Shown: positions 43,820 to 58,335, counted from the stretch's first letter. The stretch: 64,000 bases of DNA from Octopus vulgaris (GCA_951406725.2 OX597817.1:133052001-133116000), one strand, 5' to 3'. Notes: a model not told the origin generated them from the sequence alone. A program made the numbers and translations.

Positions 43820-44583
43820 TAATAATAATAATAATAATAAGGAAGGAAGGCGGCTGGACGTGATAGAAGCTGGACGTGTTTTTCGCTGCTCTGACCAGCC
43901 CAGCGTGACAACGGAAAAACTGGAAGATCCACTGTTTTCTGTGAGTAATTTGAATTTCCCTCAAAGTAAGCTAAGGAACTTATATATCTACAGCTTTGCA
44001 CATACAAGCGAACACATAACAAGGAATTTAGAATCATAAATATCTCCAATTTTGTGTGAACAGTCTGTCGTCCCTTCTTTGCCTTTTATTGTAACGACAC
44101 AATTAAATGCACGATAAAAAACTATGGAAGTAGGCGTATACCAATATGTATACACTGCACAACTACAAAAACTGTAAACCACAGCATAACTTTTAAACTT
44201 TTAAAAAGAAAAGAAAAATTTTCTGAGCATTCGAAAATGTAAACATTCTTCCCTTTGCAAAAATCTTTTTTTTTTCCAAACACAATTGAACTCAGAAATT
44301 AGAAGAAGAAAAAAAATCATCGAGTGAATATCAGAAAATATGCGTATGTGAATATACGTATATATATACATATGTGTATAGGTATATATATATAGCTGGA
44401 TTGCTTTCCAAGATAACGCTGGTACTAGTAAACAGGTTTGACCTTTTCCTGACCCAAAATGTCCTTCGTCCACCATCTGATGAATCTATTTATAGAACAT
44501 GACCACTCTACCGTGGTGATGGTGATAGTGAGAATAATAATAATAATAAGCTACCGCTGTGACTACACATAAAACAATGTCAT

Positions 44584-44622
<39 letters not shown>

Positions 44623-44646
44623 CAGTGATGACAGTGATGATGATAA

Positions 44647-47600
44647 TTCTTATTTTATATTTGTTTATTATTTTTTTTTCTCGTATTTTATTCTCATTTT
44701 TTCGAACTAATACAGCGAGAGTGAACCTTTCATAAGTTTAAAGAAATAAATGAATAAATAAATAAAAAGAAGGGAAAACTATGTCCGGAGATAAAACTAT
44801 CAACAAAAAAAATACAGACGAATACAGATCTGCTAGCCTTAGGAAACTACGCTACGAATAATGTTTACGTGCAGAAAATCCTAAACTGACAGATCCGTCT
44901 CTTAATGTAAGAGTCGAAGCTCGTCATGCTTCAAGGTCAACAAATCAAACAATAAACCGCATTGGTCATTGCGCGGATTACAAAAGACCACGTACCCGAA
45001 AATTGAACCAAAGTCTGATTGAAAAATCAGCTACTGGATCAAATCTTCCCGACACACAGGAGCTGGACGTACCCCGCAACTGGAATATTCCAACAGATGG
45101 CCATCCATGCTCGTCACCAAACACTCAAAAGAAAAAGAAGGAAAAATGGACTAGGGAAGATAATAAAGAAGTTCTTGCAGCCTTCTATCATGCCATATAT
45201 TTCCCCACAGATAAATCGAACACTATACAAACCTACATAAACTGGAGACAGAAACACCCTGAAGTAAGACCCTACATAGACAGTAACAAACTTGCCAACG
45301 TCAGAAGAAACATTATAAAAAAAAAATTACTGACTGAAGTAGAGATTGATCAAATTAAACAAGCAGTAACGGATAGAATGAACGAAGCTGCAGCTAAAGA
45401 AGATAATACAGAGGAAATAATTATAGACCAGCTCAGAGCTAATAAAAACGAAGTAAGGATTGAAAGAGTTAGTATAAGTGATAGGCAAAGTGAAATACTC
45501 CCTGAACCAAATATAAACACTAAGACAGATGAACATCAAATAGATGAAGAAAGTCACACAAATATTGACCCGACAGAACTACATGAGCTAAAAAGTCAAA
45601 TCATGATTGAATGGATGAAAATTAAAGAAACCAGTATGGATGAACGTGATACACTCCCTAAAATACGCAAATCTAACCAAAACATGAAAATAATTGGTAA
45701 AATCCGGCTTGCACTTAAGGATATAATTTCAGCTAATGATGTTGATATCACAGATCTCAACCACCTATACTATGCATCCGCAAAAATCTCAACGATCCTA
45801 TGTGGTGAAAAGATTAGAAAACGGCAACATTTCCACAAAAAGCCTTCTTGGCAAGAGCGTTTGCAACAACAAATTAAACTATTTAGATCTGACATTGAAT
45901 ATTTGAAAAACCTTAAGGTTCATAAGACTACCAAACCTGCAAAAACCCAAAAACTAATGAAAAAATATAATATGAAAACTATACTTGATATTGATGCCAC
46001 CATAGAAACCATCAAGCAAAAGGTATCTGCTAAAGCTGCCCGCATAGCGAGGTATGAAAAGCGTATTAGATTCTACAGGGACAACAACATGTTCAAAAAT
46101 AACCCCAAACATTTTTACAGGAAGATAGGAAAAACAACAGTTACTGTAAAGTCTGTACCATCAAAAGAAGTGCAGGGATTTTGGAATAAAATTTGGGCAG
46201 AAGAAAAAACACACAGCGAAAAGGCCCCCTGGATTGATAGAATATCTAAAGAACTGGACTCCTTAGAAGAGCAAAAGTGGGAGGGTGTCAAGGTAGAAGA
46301 TATAAGATCTGCTCTCAGGAGGTCAAGCAAATGGAAGTCTCCAGGAAAGGATAAAATCCCTAACTTTTGGTTGAATGCCTTCCCAGAGAGCCATGAACTG
46401 CTAGCAGAACTTTACAATGATGTTTTGCAACACCCAAGTAGGATGCCTCCTTGGCTAGTTAATGGGTTAACATTCCTGCTTCCAAAAAGTGAAGAAACAA
46501 ATGAACCCAAAAACTATAGACCCATAACCTGCCTAACAACTATGTATAAAACACTAACATCTGTCCTGACGGAATATACCTATAGTTTTTTGACAGACAG
46601 CAGCATATTCCCTAATGAACAGAAAGGATGTAAACGTGGATCCTACGGTTGTAAAGATCAACTACTCATCAATAAGATGATCTTAGAAGATTGTCACAAA
46701 CGACACAAAAACTTGGAATAGCCTGGATAGACTATAAAAAGGCTTTTGATAGCCTACCACATAGCTGGATTAATAAATGCCTAGAAATGTATAAGATAGC
46801 ACCTGCTCTGCGAAACTTTTTGTCTGTAAGTATGAGATCATGGAGAACCACACTAACTTTGAACAGTGACAATGAATCTCTAAATGCTGGTGATGTAAAA
46901 ATTTCATGTGGCATTTTCCAGGGTGACTCACTATCACCGCTCCTCTTCTGTTTAGCCTTAATACCTCTCTCAAAACTGCTCAATGATGCGCAGTACGGAT
47001 ATAAAATGTTTGATAAAAATATAAATCATCTCATTTACATGGATGATTTAAAGCTCTTTGCAAAAAATGACCAACAACTCAAGGGCTTACTAGCGATTGT
47101 CAAACAATTCAGTGATGACATCAGAATGCAATTTGGCCTCGATAAATGCGCAAAAGCTACCTTTATCAAAGGAAAAATGACAGAAACATCTAACGTTAAC
47201 CTTGACCAGCAGAATGTCATAAAAGAATTAGACCCAGCAGAGAACTACAAGTATCTAGGGGTAATTGAAGGAGAAGGAATAAGGCATTCAGAGATGAAGG
47301 AAAGGATCAGGAGAGAATGCTATCGCAGAGTAAGAGTAATACTCAAGACAGAGCTGAATGCGAGAAACAGGATCGAAGCAATCAATGCATTAGCCATACC
47401 AGTCGTGACTTACAGTTTCAGTATCGTTAACTGGTCAATTACTGAAATATGTAATCTTGACAGAAAAATACGAAAACTGTTGACAATGCATAGAATGCAC
47501 CACCCTAAGGCAGATACAGAACGACTTTATCTGCCAAGAAAAGAGGGAGGCCGTGGACTTTTACAACTGGCAATAACAATGAAGATTGCTACAATTGGCC

Positions 47601-48809
47601 GAGACACCTACCTGAAAAACTCTGAGGACTGGATGTTAAAACTTGTCTCAAAACATGAAAACAAGAAAGCATCATACTCAGTAACAAAACAGGCAAAGGA
47701 ATATCTAAGTGAATTCCGAATACAACAAATTTCGGAATTAGAGATAGACATACAAGAAACAGGCACAGAAAAAGCTAAGCGCATGAAAACCCGTGCTAAA
47801 TCTGCTGCCTTAGATATTCTGAATGATAAATGGCAAGAAAAACCTCTCTATGGCAAATACCCAAAGAGAGCAAATAATGCAGATGTTGACAAAGCCCTGA
47901 CCCATCAATGGCTAATGGCCTCTGGCTTAAAATCTGAAACAGAGGGGTTTATCATAGCAGCTCAAGATCAATGCCTACCAACAAGAAACTACCAGGCCAA
48001 CATATTAAAGATCAGAAGCTGTCCAACGTGTCGTGTATGCAAGCAACAAAATGAAACCATTGACCATGTGGTCTCCAAGTGCAGTCTTCTAGCGCCTACA
48101 GAATATCTCAACAGGCACGATAGAGCTGCACAATATATTCACTGGGTAATCTGTAAAAACCTGGATTTGCCCCATGAAAAAAACTGGTGGGAACACAAAC
48201 CACCCCCAGTGCTTGAAAATGACCACATCTCACTCCTCTGGAACTTCGCCATTCAAACTGACAGAAAGATAGATGCAAATAGGCCAGACATCATATTGAA
48301 AGACTTCAAACAAAGAACATGCCTCCTCATTGATATGACTGTCCCAATCGATATAAACGTATCTGTCAAGACCTACCAAAAACTGAGCAAATATAAAGAT
48401 CTTGAAATAGAAATCAGCAAAATGTGGAAGCTGAAGACTAAAACAATACCTGTTGTCATAGGTGCCCTGGGAATGATAGCAAAAGGGGCAGATAGCTACC
48501 TAACTCAGATACCATGAAACCCAAAAATGGCAGAAATTCAAAAGATAGTGCTCATGGGAACTGCTCATATCCTACGCAAAATACTTTCTATGTAATCTCA
48601 AGGTTTAAAACAAACATAATTTTCGGTTTAAAAAAAAAAAAAAATTTTTTTTTTCTTTTTAGACATTCATTAGTACAACACCCCCACCCCCCAAATATAT
48701 GGCACACTAGGCATAACAACAACATGAACTTCCAACCCTGTTGTCTCTTGAGGTCTCTGGGTGAGACTTGGAGCCAACTTGTACAAATATAAAGCAAAAG
48801 TCAAACATA

Positions 48810-48810
<1 letters not shown>
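44647..48810 (+). mobile_element. Near-full-length R4/Dong-clade non-LTR retrotransposon (RT + CCHC + restriction-like endonuclease)
   Basis: Single ancestral ORF ~44781-48595: KSPGKD, YRPITCL, WIDYKKAFDS, GIFQGDSLSP, YMDD, CRVC...ETIDHVVSKC, RPDII, KLSKY. Sits between (GAT)n and (AAT)n. Confidence 0.93.
44781..48595 (+). pseudogene. LINE ORF with three lesions
   Basis: In-frame TAA at 44859-61, 1-nt frameshift near 46715 (KNL|GIAWIDY), and TGA at 48515-17 followed in frame by NPKMAEIQKIVLMGTAHILRKILSM*. Confidence 0.85.
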
Positions 48811-48887
<77 letters not shown>

Positions 48888-48895
48888 TAATAATG

Positions 48896-48993
<98 letters not shown>

Positions 48994-49006
48994 AAGAAGA
49001 AGAAAT

Positions 49007-49529
49007 GCCCTGATGCAGTACCAGGCAGTGGCTCTCGTGGCTTCTGATCTTAACTAACTGGAAGTATTATCATGTATATTGTTGTCTTGGTATAAAAGAT
49101 GGGCTACAGCAAATATTCTGCTCAATACCAACCAGTTGAGCATGTCCCTTAATGGCTGGTGATATCTGCATCTCTGATCACGAGCAGAAATTGTAGGGAA
49201 GCATCATAGCCATGTGTTGAGTGGAATTCTGAGGGGTTTGGATAATTCACCTTTGGAAACATGGGTGTTTTGTTCAATATCCTTAAACAACCCTTATTCA
49301 GGGACCTTTTGAGCAGAATAGGCTACTCAACCTGAAGAAGATTCTAACTGGACCCCACCTGCAAGGTCATGTACTGTTTATCTTCATATGAGATCACCAT
49401 GTCGCGCACACATGGTTGTGATGCATGTGCCTGGTGTACCCTTATCAGACGAGTAGTCATGATGGGTAAACTGGGCTTCGTATATTTTACCCTAGTGTCA
49501 CTTTGATGACATGCACTGCTTTCTTACTC
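49007..49529. mobile_element. Non-coding ~0.55-kb repeat embedded in (AAT)n, copy 1
   Basis: Homologous end to end with 53383-53933. Confidence 0.85.
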
Positions 49530-49607
<78 letters not shown>

Positions 49608-49611
<4 letters not shown>

Positions 49612-50070
49612 GACAACCTAAGGAAAATAATCCACTGGGAGTTATGTAGAAAGCTAGGATTTGACCATAGTGATAAATGATAAGACCACGAACCTAGTAA
49701 TGTACTAGAAAGTAAGAAACATAAGATGTTGTGGGACTTTAACATTCAGACTGACAGAATAATAGAAGCTAGAAGGCCTGGTTTAGTAGTAGTAAAGACA
49801 ATAAAAAGTGCCAAATAATTGACTTTACAGTCCCAAATGATGAAAAAAATCAGCATGAGAGGTATAGAAAAAATATGGTAGTACCAGGATGTAGCCATTG
49901 AATTACAGAGATTATGGAAAGTGCGGGTAAAATGTATTCCAGTAGTTATAGGTGCATTGGGACCTATCCCCTGTATAGAGGAAATAGGTATAAAACCCAG
50001 TCGAGTACAGCTCCAGAAAACAGTGTTATTAAGGACAGCTAGGGCACGTAGGAGGGTTCTTGGCATCTCA
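49608..50070 (+). pseudogene. R4/Dong endonuclease relic
   Basis: IIHWELCRK...MLWDFNIQTDRIIEARRP...IPVVIGALG...LQKTVLLRTAR. Confidence 0.85.
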
Positions 50071-50389
50071 GGTTGTAGTCTTTACGTTTTGAGTTCAAAT
50101 TCCACCGAGGTCGACTTTACCTTTCATCCTTTCAGGGTTTATAAATTAGGTACCAGTTGCATGCTGGGGTCGTCTAATCGACTGGCCCCCTCCCCCAAAA
50201 TTTCGGGCTTTGTGCCAAGAGTATAAAAGACTATTATTATTATTATTGTTGTTGTTGTTGATTTGACTCAGTTTCGGTCTAAATCCTGGTAGTATTTATG
50301 GGGGTAACGAATTGCTACATGTAACTTTAGGTATCCACTAGCTTTCAATAGTCTTTCAAGAGTTTAGAACCCTCCTGATCATCTTTCCT

Positions 50390-50835
50390 GTCCCCTAAGA
50401 AGCAAACTTCTATAGAAGCTCCACAGGACATTCTATTTCAATCTCCTTCAACCATATCTTTATATCTTTGCTTATATTTCCCAATACACCAATTCCTATA
50501 AACACAACCTGTACAGTTTTCATATTCCAAATTCTTGCAATTTCAAATTTTTAAGGGGACTGTATTTTTTTTTCTCTTTCTTCACGATCATAGAATCAAA
50601 CGAATATGATAGATCAATTCGTAGGCAACTTCGCCTTTCCTTGTCTATTATTATGTCTGGCCTATTATCTTCTAGCTTCTTGTCCGTTTCAATAGGAAAG
50701 TACCACACAATCTTACAATTCTCTGACTCCAGCATTGTTTCGAGCTGATGTTCATGTCATATGTCTCCAACTTCAAATCACTATTTCTGGCACAGTTTCC
50801 AGTGTAAAAATTCTACGACTTGATTATGCTCTCCA
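50390..50835 (-). pseudogene. R4/Dong endonuclease relic
   Basis: FLHWKLCQK...LESENCKIVWYFPIETDKKLEDNRPDII. Confidence 0.8.
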
Positions 50836-50857
50836 TTACTTATATTCTTCCTGAAGT

Positions 50858-51240
50858 GGAGGCGCAATGGCCCAGTGGTTAGGGCAGCGGACTCGCGGTC
50901 ATAGGATCGCGGTTTCGATTCCCAGACCGAGCGTTGTGAGTGTTTATTGAGCGAAAACACATAAAAGCTCCACGCAGCTCCGGCAGGGGATGGTGGTGAT
51001 CCCTGCTGTACTCTTTCACCACAACCTTCTCTCACTCTTACTTCCTGTTTCTGTTGTACCTGTATTTCAAAGGGCCGGCCTTGTCACTCTCTGTGTCACG
51101 CTGAATATCCCCAAAAATTACGTTAAGGGTGCACGTGTCTGTGGAGTGCTCAGCCACTTACACGTTAATTTCACGAGCAGGCTGTTCCGTTGCTTCGGAT
51201 CAACCGGAACCCTCATCGTCGTAACCGACGGAGTGCTTCC
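50858..51240 (+). mobile_element. tRNA-derived SINE family C, full length
   Basis: ggaggcgcaatggcccagtggttaggg (A box) ... ggtttcgattccc (B box), unique body; interrupts R4 relic sequence. Confidence 0.88.
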
Positions 51241-51891
51241 ATCCATTCTTCCTGAGCCAAGTTGGGACATTTTGCAACAATGTGTGCCACCGTTTCACTC
51301 CAAATTCCATAGACACTACATTTTTCTGACACATTGTCCTCATATACATTTTCTCAAGTTGTTTGTTTTGATCGCTTGATCCTGGACTGATACAATTAAG
51401 TCCTCTGTTTCTTAAATTGTCCTTTTCATAACCAGGCCCAGGATTTTGTTCCACATACATCTTTATAGGCTTTCCAAAATGGTTTCTCTTCAGTGTCGGC
51501 GAAAAAAATACATCTTAGTAGCTTTTCTTCCTGCTGAAGTCAACTTTGATTTTCATCGCTTTAGTGTGGATAAAACAAAGTACCAGTGAAGTACTGGGGT
51601 CGATGTAATCGAATGGCATCCTTCATTCAAAATAGCTGGCTTTCTGCCAAAGATTAGAAATTAATATTATAAATTCTGTTGTTGATGTTGTTTTTGTTGT
51701 TGTTTGATAAATTATTTCAGATTTTGTCAGATTATTCATCGGAAGTCATTTCTATCTTTAATTGATATTAATGAGCAATGTTTATTGAGGACATTGTAAA
51801 TCAAATAATGGACTAATACATACGTGTAGAGGACTATAAAGACGTATGTGTGTGTGTGTATGTATGTGTGAGTGTGTGTGTATACGTATGC

Positions 51892-51937
<46 letters not shown>

Positions 51938-52001
51938 ATATGAATGTACATATATGAGTTTATATACATCTATATATCTCTATTTATATCTATCTCTGTC
52001 T

Positions 52002-52109
<108 letters not shown>

Positions 52110-52394
52110 ACGGGAATGTATGTATATAAACATATGTATATACGCACACGCACACACATTAGATTTGTGAAATTTATCTCTACGTTCTCACACCGAGAAA
52201 AGTATTCCACGAATCTGAAGAATCTTCGTTGCTAAATCACTACCAACATTAGATTGACAATGAAGTCAGTATTTTCGCGTTATATTTTTCACAATACACA
52301 TATAATTAAACCACAAACTAACATCTTAATCATTAATTACATTCATTAATGAACAACATCAACTAGATCAACGATTTAAGTAATAATAATAATG

Positions 52395-52790
52395 GTTTCA
52401 AATTTTTGCCACAAGGGCAGCTTGGGGCTGGGGATTAAGTCAGTTACATCGACCCCAGTGTTTCACTGGTACTTAATATATCAACACAGAAAGGATAAAA
52501 GGCAAAGTCGACCTCGGCGGAGTCTGAACTCAGAACGTAGCGACGGGCGAAATACCTATTTCTTTACTACCCGCAAGAAGCTAAACACAGAGAGGACAAA
52601 CAAGGACAGAAAAATGGATTAAGTCGATTACATCGACCTCAGTGCGTAACTGGTACTTATTTAATCGACCCCGAAAGGATGAAAGGCAAAGTCGACCTCG
52701 GCGGAATTTGAACTCAGAACATAGCGGCAGACGAAATACCGCTAAGCATTTCGCCCGGCGTGCTGACGGTTCTGCCAGCTCGCTGCCTCT
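52395..52790 (-). mobile_element. Two tandem SINE family B copies
   Basis: aaggcaaagtcgacctcggcgga...gaactcagaac occurs twice. Confidence 0.85.
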
Positions 52791-52794
52791 TCTT

Positions 52795-53026
52795 TTCTTC
52801 TTTTATTTGTTTCAGTGATTTGATTGCGGCCATGCTGGAGCACCGCCTTTAGTTGAGTAAGTCAACCCAAGACTTATTCTTTGTAAGCTTAGTACTTCTA
52901 TCGGGCTCTTTTGCCGAACTGCTAAATTACAGGAACGTGAACACACCAGTATCGGTTGTCAAATGATGTTGAGGTGGGGGGACAAACAGAGACACACAAA
53001 CATAGACACACCTGCACGCCCGCACG

Positions 53027-53071
<45 letters not shown>

Positions 53072-53241
53072 TCATATACGACGGGCTTCTTTCCGTTTCC
53101 GTCTACCAAATCCACGCACAAGGCTTTGGTTGACCCGAGGCTATAGTAGAAGACACCTACCCAAGGTGCCACGCAGTGTAACTGAACCCGGAACCATGTG
53201 GTTTGGAAGCAAGCTACTTACCACGCAGCCACTCCTGCGCC
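52795..53241 (-). mobile_element. SINE family A, full length
   Basis: Head ...cagccactcctgcgcc; internal (CA)n(TA)n. Confidence 0.85.
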
Positions 53242-53382
53242 TTACCAATAATAATGATAATAAAAATTTATAATAATAATAATAATGATAATAATAATAA
53301 TAATAATAGTAATAATAATAATAATAATAGTAATAATAATAATAATAATAATAGTAGTAGTAGTAATAATAATAATAATAAT

Positions 53383-53933
53383 CTGATGCAGTACCAGGCA
53401 GTGGCTCTCATGGCTTCTGATCTTAACTGATTTGAAGTGTTATCATGTACATTGTTTTGTCTTGGTATAAAAGATGGGCTACAGCAAATATTCTGCTCAA
53501 TACGACAGATTTGCTTGTCAGTTGTTTGACCTTAACCAGTTGAGCATGTCCCTTAGTGGCTGACGATATGTGCATCTCTGATCACGAGCAGAAGTAGTGG
53601 GGGAGCATCATAGCCATGTGTTGAGAGGGATTCTTTGGGGTTTGAATAATTCACCTCTGGAAACATGGGTGGTTCTTTCAACATCCTTAAACAACCCTTA
53701 TTCAGGGACCGTTTGAGCGGGATGGGCTACTCAACCTGAAAAAAATTCTAACTGGGCCCCACCTGCAAGGTCATGTGCTGTTTATCTGGATATGAGATCA
53801 CCATGTCGCGCACATATGGTTGTGATGCATGTGCCTGGTGTACCTTTATCATACGGGTAGTCATGATGGGTATATTGGGCTTCGTATATTTTACCCCAGT
53901 GTCACTTTGATGGCATGAACTGCTCTCTCACTC
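53383..53933. mobile_element. Non-coding ~0.55-kb repeat embedded in (AAT)n, copy 2
   Basis: ctgatgcagtaccaggcagtggctctc ... ctgctctctcactc. Confidence 0.85.
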
Positions 53934-53937
53934 AATG

Positions 53938-53979
<42 letters not shown>

Positions 53980-54000
53980 TTAATAATAATAATAATAATA

Positions 54001-54036
<36 letters not shown>

Positions 54037-54063
54037 GTAGTAGTAGTAGTAGTAATAATAATA

Positions 54064-54126
<63 letters not shown>

Positions 54127-54150
54127 GTAGTAGTAGTAGTAATAATAATA

Positions 54151-54228
<78 letters not shown>

Positions 54229-54368
54229 AGGCATGAGAGGTGAGCATAAAGGTTATCCCTATTGTCGTCGGAGCACTGGGTTCAATACCACCCAATCTGG
54301 AAAAAAAACATGGGCAGATTACAAAAAAATATTTAACATGGTACCACAGAGTTGGATAAGTTTTGCAC

Positions 54369-54611
54369 AGGCGTGGCTATGTGGTACGAAGTTTGCTTCG
54401 CAACAACATGCTTCTAGGTTCAGTCCCACTGCATGGAACGTTGGGCAAGTGTCTTCTACTATAGCCTCGAACCGACCAAAGCCCCGGGCCGACCGTGTGG
54501 CTACTATAGCCACGGCATGGCCCAAACCTCGTGAGTGGATTTGGTAGACAGAAATTGAAAGAAGCCTGTCGTGTATATATGTGTGCGTTTGTATCTGTGT
54601 TTGTGCGTGTG

Positions 54612-54646
<35 letters not shown>

Positions 54647-55250
54647 GCATGTTTAAGTGGGTGAAAGAAAAAAATGACAAAGTGGAGGATTATCGTATGT
54701 TAGGTTACAGCTGTTCCTGCGATAAGAAGCCGTAGACTCGTAGTTAAGTGCCTGAATGACGTCTTATACCTTCAGTGGAACATCGAATATTAAGTGCACT
54801 TCGTATTAGAGGCTCCGATGAACTTAGAAGGTGTAATTCGGGCATATACGAGTCCGCTGCATCTTACAGCGGAAACAGCTGTAAGCTTATGAAGGTCATA
54901 TGACAATCATTTATTTCTTCCTCAGCTCTCTTTCTTATTTCTGCGGTATACTCAGCCAATACTTTCTTTCTGAAGGATACATATTTTGATTTGTACACCG
55001 GGTTACTAGTCTCTCAATAACAAAGCGAAATGTGTGTGTGTGTGTGTGCAGTGAGAGATAGATAGATAGATAGAGAGGGAGGGAGGGAGAGAGAGAGAGA
55101 GAGATAATCTATTTGTGTATATTTTTGCATTTGTGTTTGTCCTCCATCACTGCTTGAGAACCGGTGTTTGTTTGTTTACGTCAATGTAACCAAGCCACTC
55201 GGCAACAAAAATAGCCAGATTAAGTACAAGGCTTAAAAACTAAGTACTAG
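54369..55250 (+). mobile_element. SINE family A split by an insert (54660-55020) in its internal microsatellite
   Basis: Head/body at 54369-54575, tail at 55125-55250. Confidence 0.6.
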
Positions 55251-56046
55251 CGTATATGTATATATACATGTACTCATATAAATGTATGCACCCATACACA
55301 CACACACACACACACATAATATATATATATTTATATGTATGTATGTATGTAAATATATTGTATATAAGTATACATATATACATGTACATACAAATATATA
55401 TATATATATATATTTTTTTCACCGGTTTCAGGTACAGTTTGTGGCCATGCTGGGGCACCACCATTAGTGCTAATGCGTGCATATTTCAGACATACTTCCC
55501 GTTCCTAAGCACAGTCATACTTAGGCGACGTGATTCCGCCAACCGAAATGCGCTCAAAATATCGGTGGTCCGCTATCCTCTGCGGGGAAAAAAAAACCCT
55601 GCACCACATAGTTGGGAAGCAAACTTCGAAACCACAAAGCCATTCTTGATATATAATTAATATAAACATCAATCCTTTAATAGCTCTAGTGTAATTAATC
55701 TTCATTAGAACAATAATATTAAAATAATTTATAATTGGCAAAATTCATATTTTGCCCAAACTCGATTTCTATTTATTTTCTCTCTCTGTTTTTGTTTATA
55801 TTTTATTGCTTTTCTTTCTCTCTTTGTTTCTCTCTTTCTTTCCTTCTTTCTTTCTTGTTTTTCCTATTCTTTCATGAGAATAAATAAGTAAAGTAATAGG
55901 CCAACTTCCTGTTACAGAGTTGCCTGATGTTGTTGTGTCTGATGCAGACATTAAAAACAAATAGAAAACAAGGAAATGCAAACCAAAGCTGTGTGTATAT
56001 GTACATATGCATATACATATGCATACAGATATATATATGTGTATAA

Positions 56047-56097
<51 letters not shown>

Positions 56098-56266
56098 CAT
56101 ATGTATGTATGTATATATATATATATATATATATACATGAATATATATGTTTGCATGTATGTATATAGGCATATACACACATATATATATATATACATAT
56201 ATGCATATATACACAATTTATATGTATGTAGACGTGTACATATACACATGCATGCATATAATAATG

Positions 56267-56336
<70 letters not shown>

Positions 56337-56599
56337 CAACAAAAGAATGAGACTTCTATATTAGGTAAAGGAATTTATACATGTATAGTTTAGGACAATC
56401 AGTAAGTTATCATAATAGGATTCAGAGTTTTGAATGCCGGGGCTAAGAGTTGCGACGCATTTTCATCCGGTATTATGACAATAGATGCTATAAAAAAAAA
56501 ACGTTGAATAAAAGGGAAGTTACTCTAATAGGTAGGAAAAAATATGAATTACAAAGAAATGAAGGATTATCGTACAAACTTCATTAGGTCACAGCTCTG

Positions 56600-57185
56600 T
56601 TTTTTTTTTTGGCGTTGTGTGCAATTATATTTTTTAAATTTGTGGCTGAACTTAAAAAATGTTAAGGTTGTGCCTATTAAAGAGTTTCCTATATTTATGA
56701 TTTACTGGAAAGTGCCTATCTATAAGTGACAAGAAATATTTACCTATATTAAAGGTTACTTTGGGGAGTAAGGGGGTGTGAACCAGGTACGTTTCCCGTA
56801 TCTATGTTTTCTTTTCTTTATTTCTGGCCTAATAACAGGCGTGTAAGCTATTTCCTCTTTAAATCCACTAGCTTAAAGAGCTTTGTTATATATTGGGGCA
56901 GCATTTTAATGTGTTTTTATATCGGAGGAGGGGCTAGAAATATCCGTAACTAAATTCTTAACCGCTATGAGAGGGCGGCAGGAACCTACTTTAATATAAC
57001 TAAGTCTATCGCTGGGCTTCTTATAGGGTTTGTAAATATTCTTTTGTAAATCCAGAGATACGCAAGGAAATTGACAACCGTCAGGTTGGTGTCTATTGTC
57101 ATGCTTAGGCCGAATGTTTTCATGAGATGGATAATATCCTTCCTTAACCGATCTTGCGCTGGTCCATTGGTATTTTTAGTTAAAG
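56600..57185 (-). pseudogene. Penelope-like reverse transcriptase relic
   Basis: LRKDIIHLMKTFGLSMTIDTNLTVVNFL...YKPYKKP...AAPIYNKAL.ASGFKE...WFTPPYS..V..NIGKYFL. Confidence 0.85.
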
Positions 57186-57189
57186 CCAG

Positions 57190-58335
57190 AAAAGAAAACA
57201 TAGACACAGGAAAATTATCTGGTTCACACACCCTTACTCCCGCGAAGTGAATTTTAATATAGGTAAATATTTCTTGCCACTTCTAGACAGACATTTTCCA
57301 ATACATCATAAATATAGGAAACTCTTTAATAGGCATAACCTAAAAATTAGTTTTAGTTCAACTAAAAATTTTATAAACATAACTGCATACAACGCAAAAA
57401 AACAACACGATGCCGGATGTTCCAGCAGGGATAAAGACTTGTGCCTGATAAATGGAGCCTGTATGATCGAGGCCATTATTTATGAAGCTACTGTAAATTC
57501 TACGAACGCTAATAACACAGTTTCTTCGAAGAGATATGTGGGCTACACAGAGAGGAATTTTAAAGCAAGGTTCAATAATCACTTCAGACATGGAGATAAA
57601 CGAAAAACGACTAAATTATCCAGTCTTATATAGTTCTTAAAGAACAAGGTGTTAGCTATACGATTTATTGGAAGATCTGGCTAATTGTAAACCTTATACC
57701 AACGGTAATAGTAAGAGCGGTCTTTGAGATGTGGAAAGATGGCTCATCTGGAAAAGTTCCTTGGACTCCGCTACATGTCTAAATTATAGAACTGAACTTT
57801 TGGGTCATGTTCAAATATGACAAAATACCTGTTACGGTTTTGGGCCCCGACCAAGATCCATTTGTGGTTATTTTCAAAAGTCTAAACGAAGACTTTTGAA
57901 AATAACCGCAAATGTAATAGGTAGAACTGCATGCATTTTCGACCTTTGTTGATATCTGGCGTGAAGTTCTGCAAATTATATTTTGCATAGATGATCATAC
58001 TGACGATCTACTGATAAATTATGTAAGTAGAATTACGTAATTTGTTGATAGTGAAACAATAGCTTATGATTAATCTATAGTTTTATTTTTCCTTTGTCTT
58101 GCACGCTTACGTTTCTGGTGTGCTAAATTTTTCTGGAGAACAATTCTTAGTGGTTAAGACCATAGCGGATCTTCTAGCGTAAGGGTTTCCACATAGTGGT
58201 AAAATAATTCCCTCATATATTTATGTATGAAATACTATTTACTGAATCTCAGTTTTTTTATATGCTAGACCACTGGTGTTAAAATTAATGTTATCAAGTT
58301 AATATCCAATTTTTCACCCTCATTTTGATTTTAAT

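Noticed and set aside
46700-46721. Programmed -1 frameshift between the two LINE ORFs
   Set aside because: C AAA AAC is not a canonical slippery heptamer, the break falls inside the RT domain, and R4-clade elements have one ORF. A 1-nt deletion is simpler.
50858-50930. tRNA gene (also ~21932, 26060 and 59083)
   Set aside because: A/B boxes continue into shared SINE bodies, with no clean acceptor stem or poly-T terminator.
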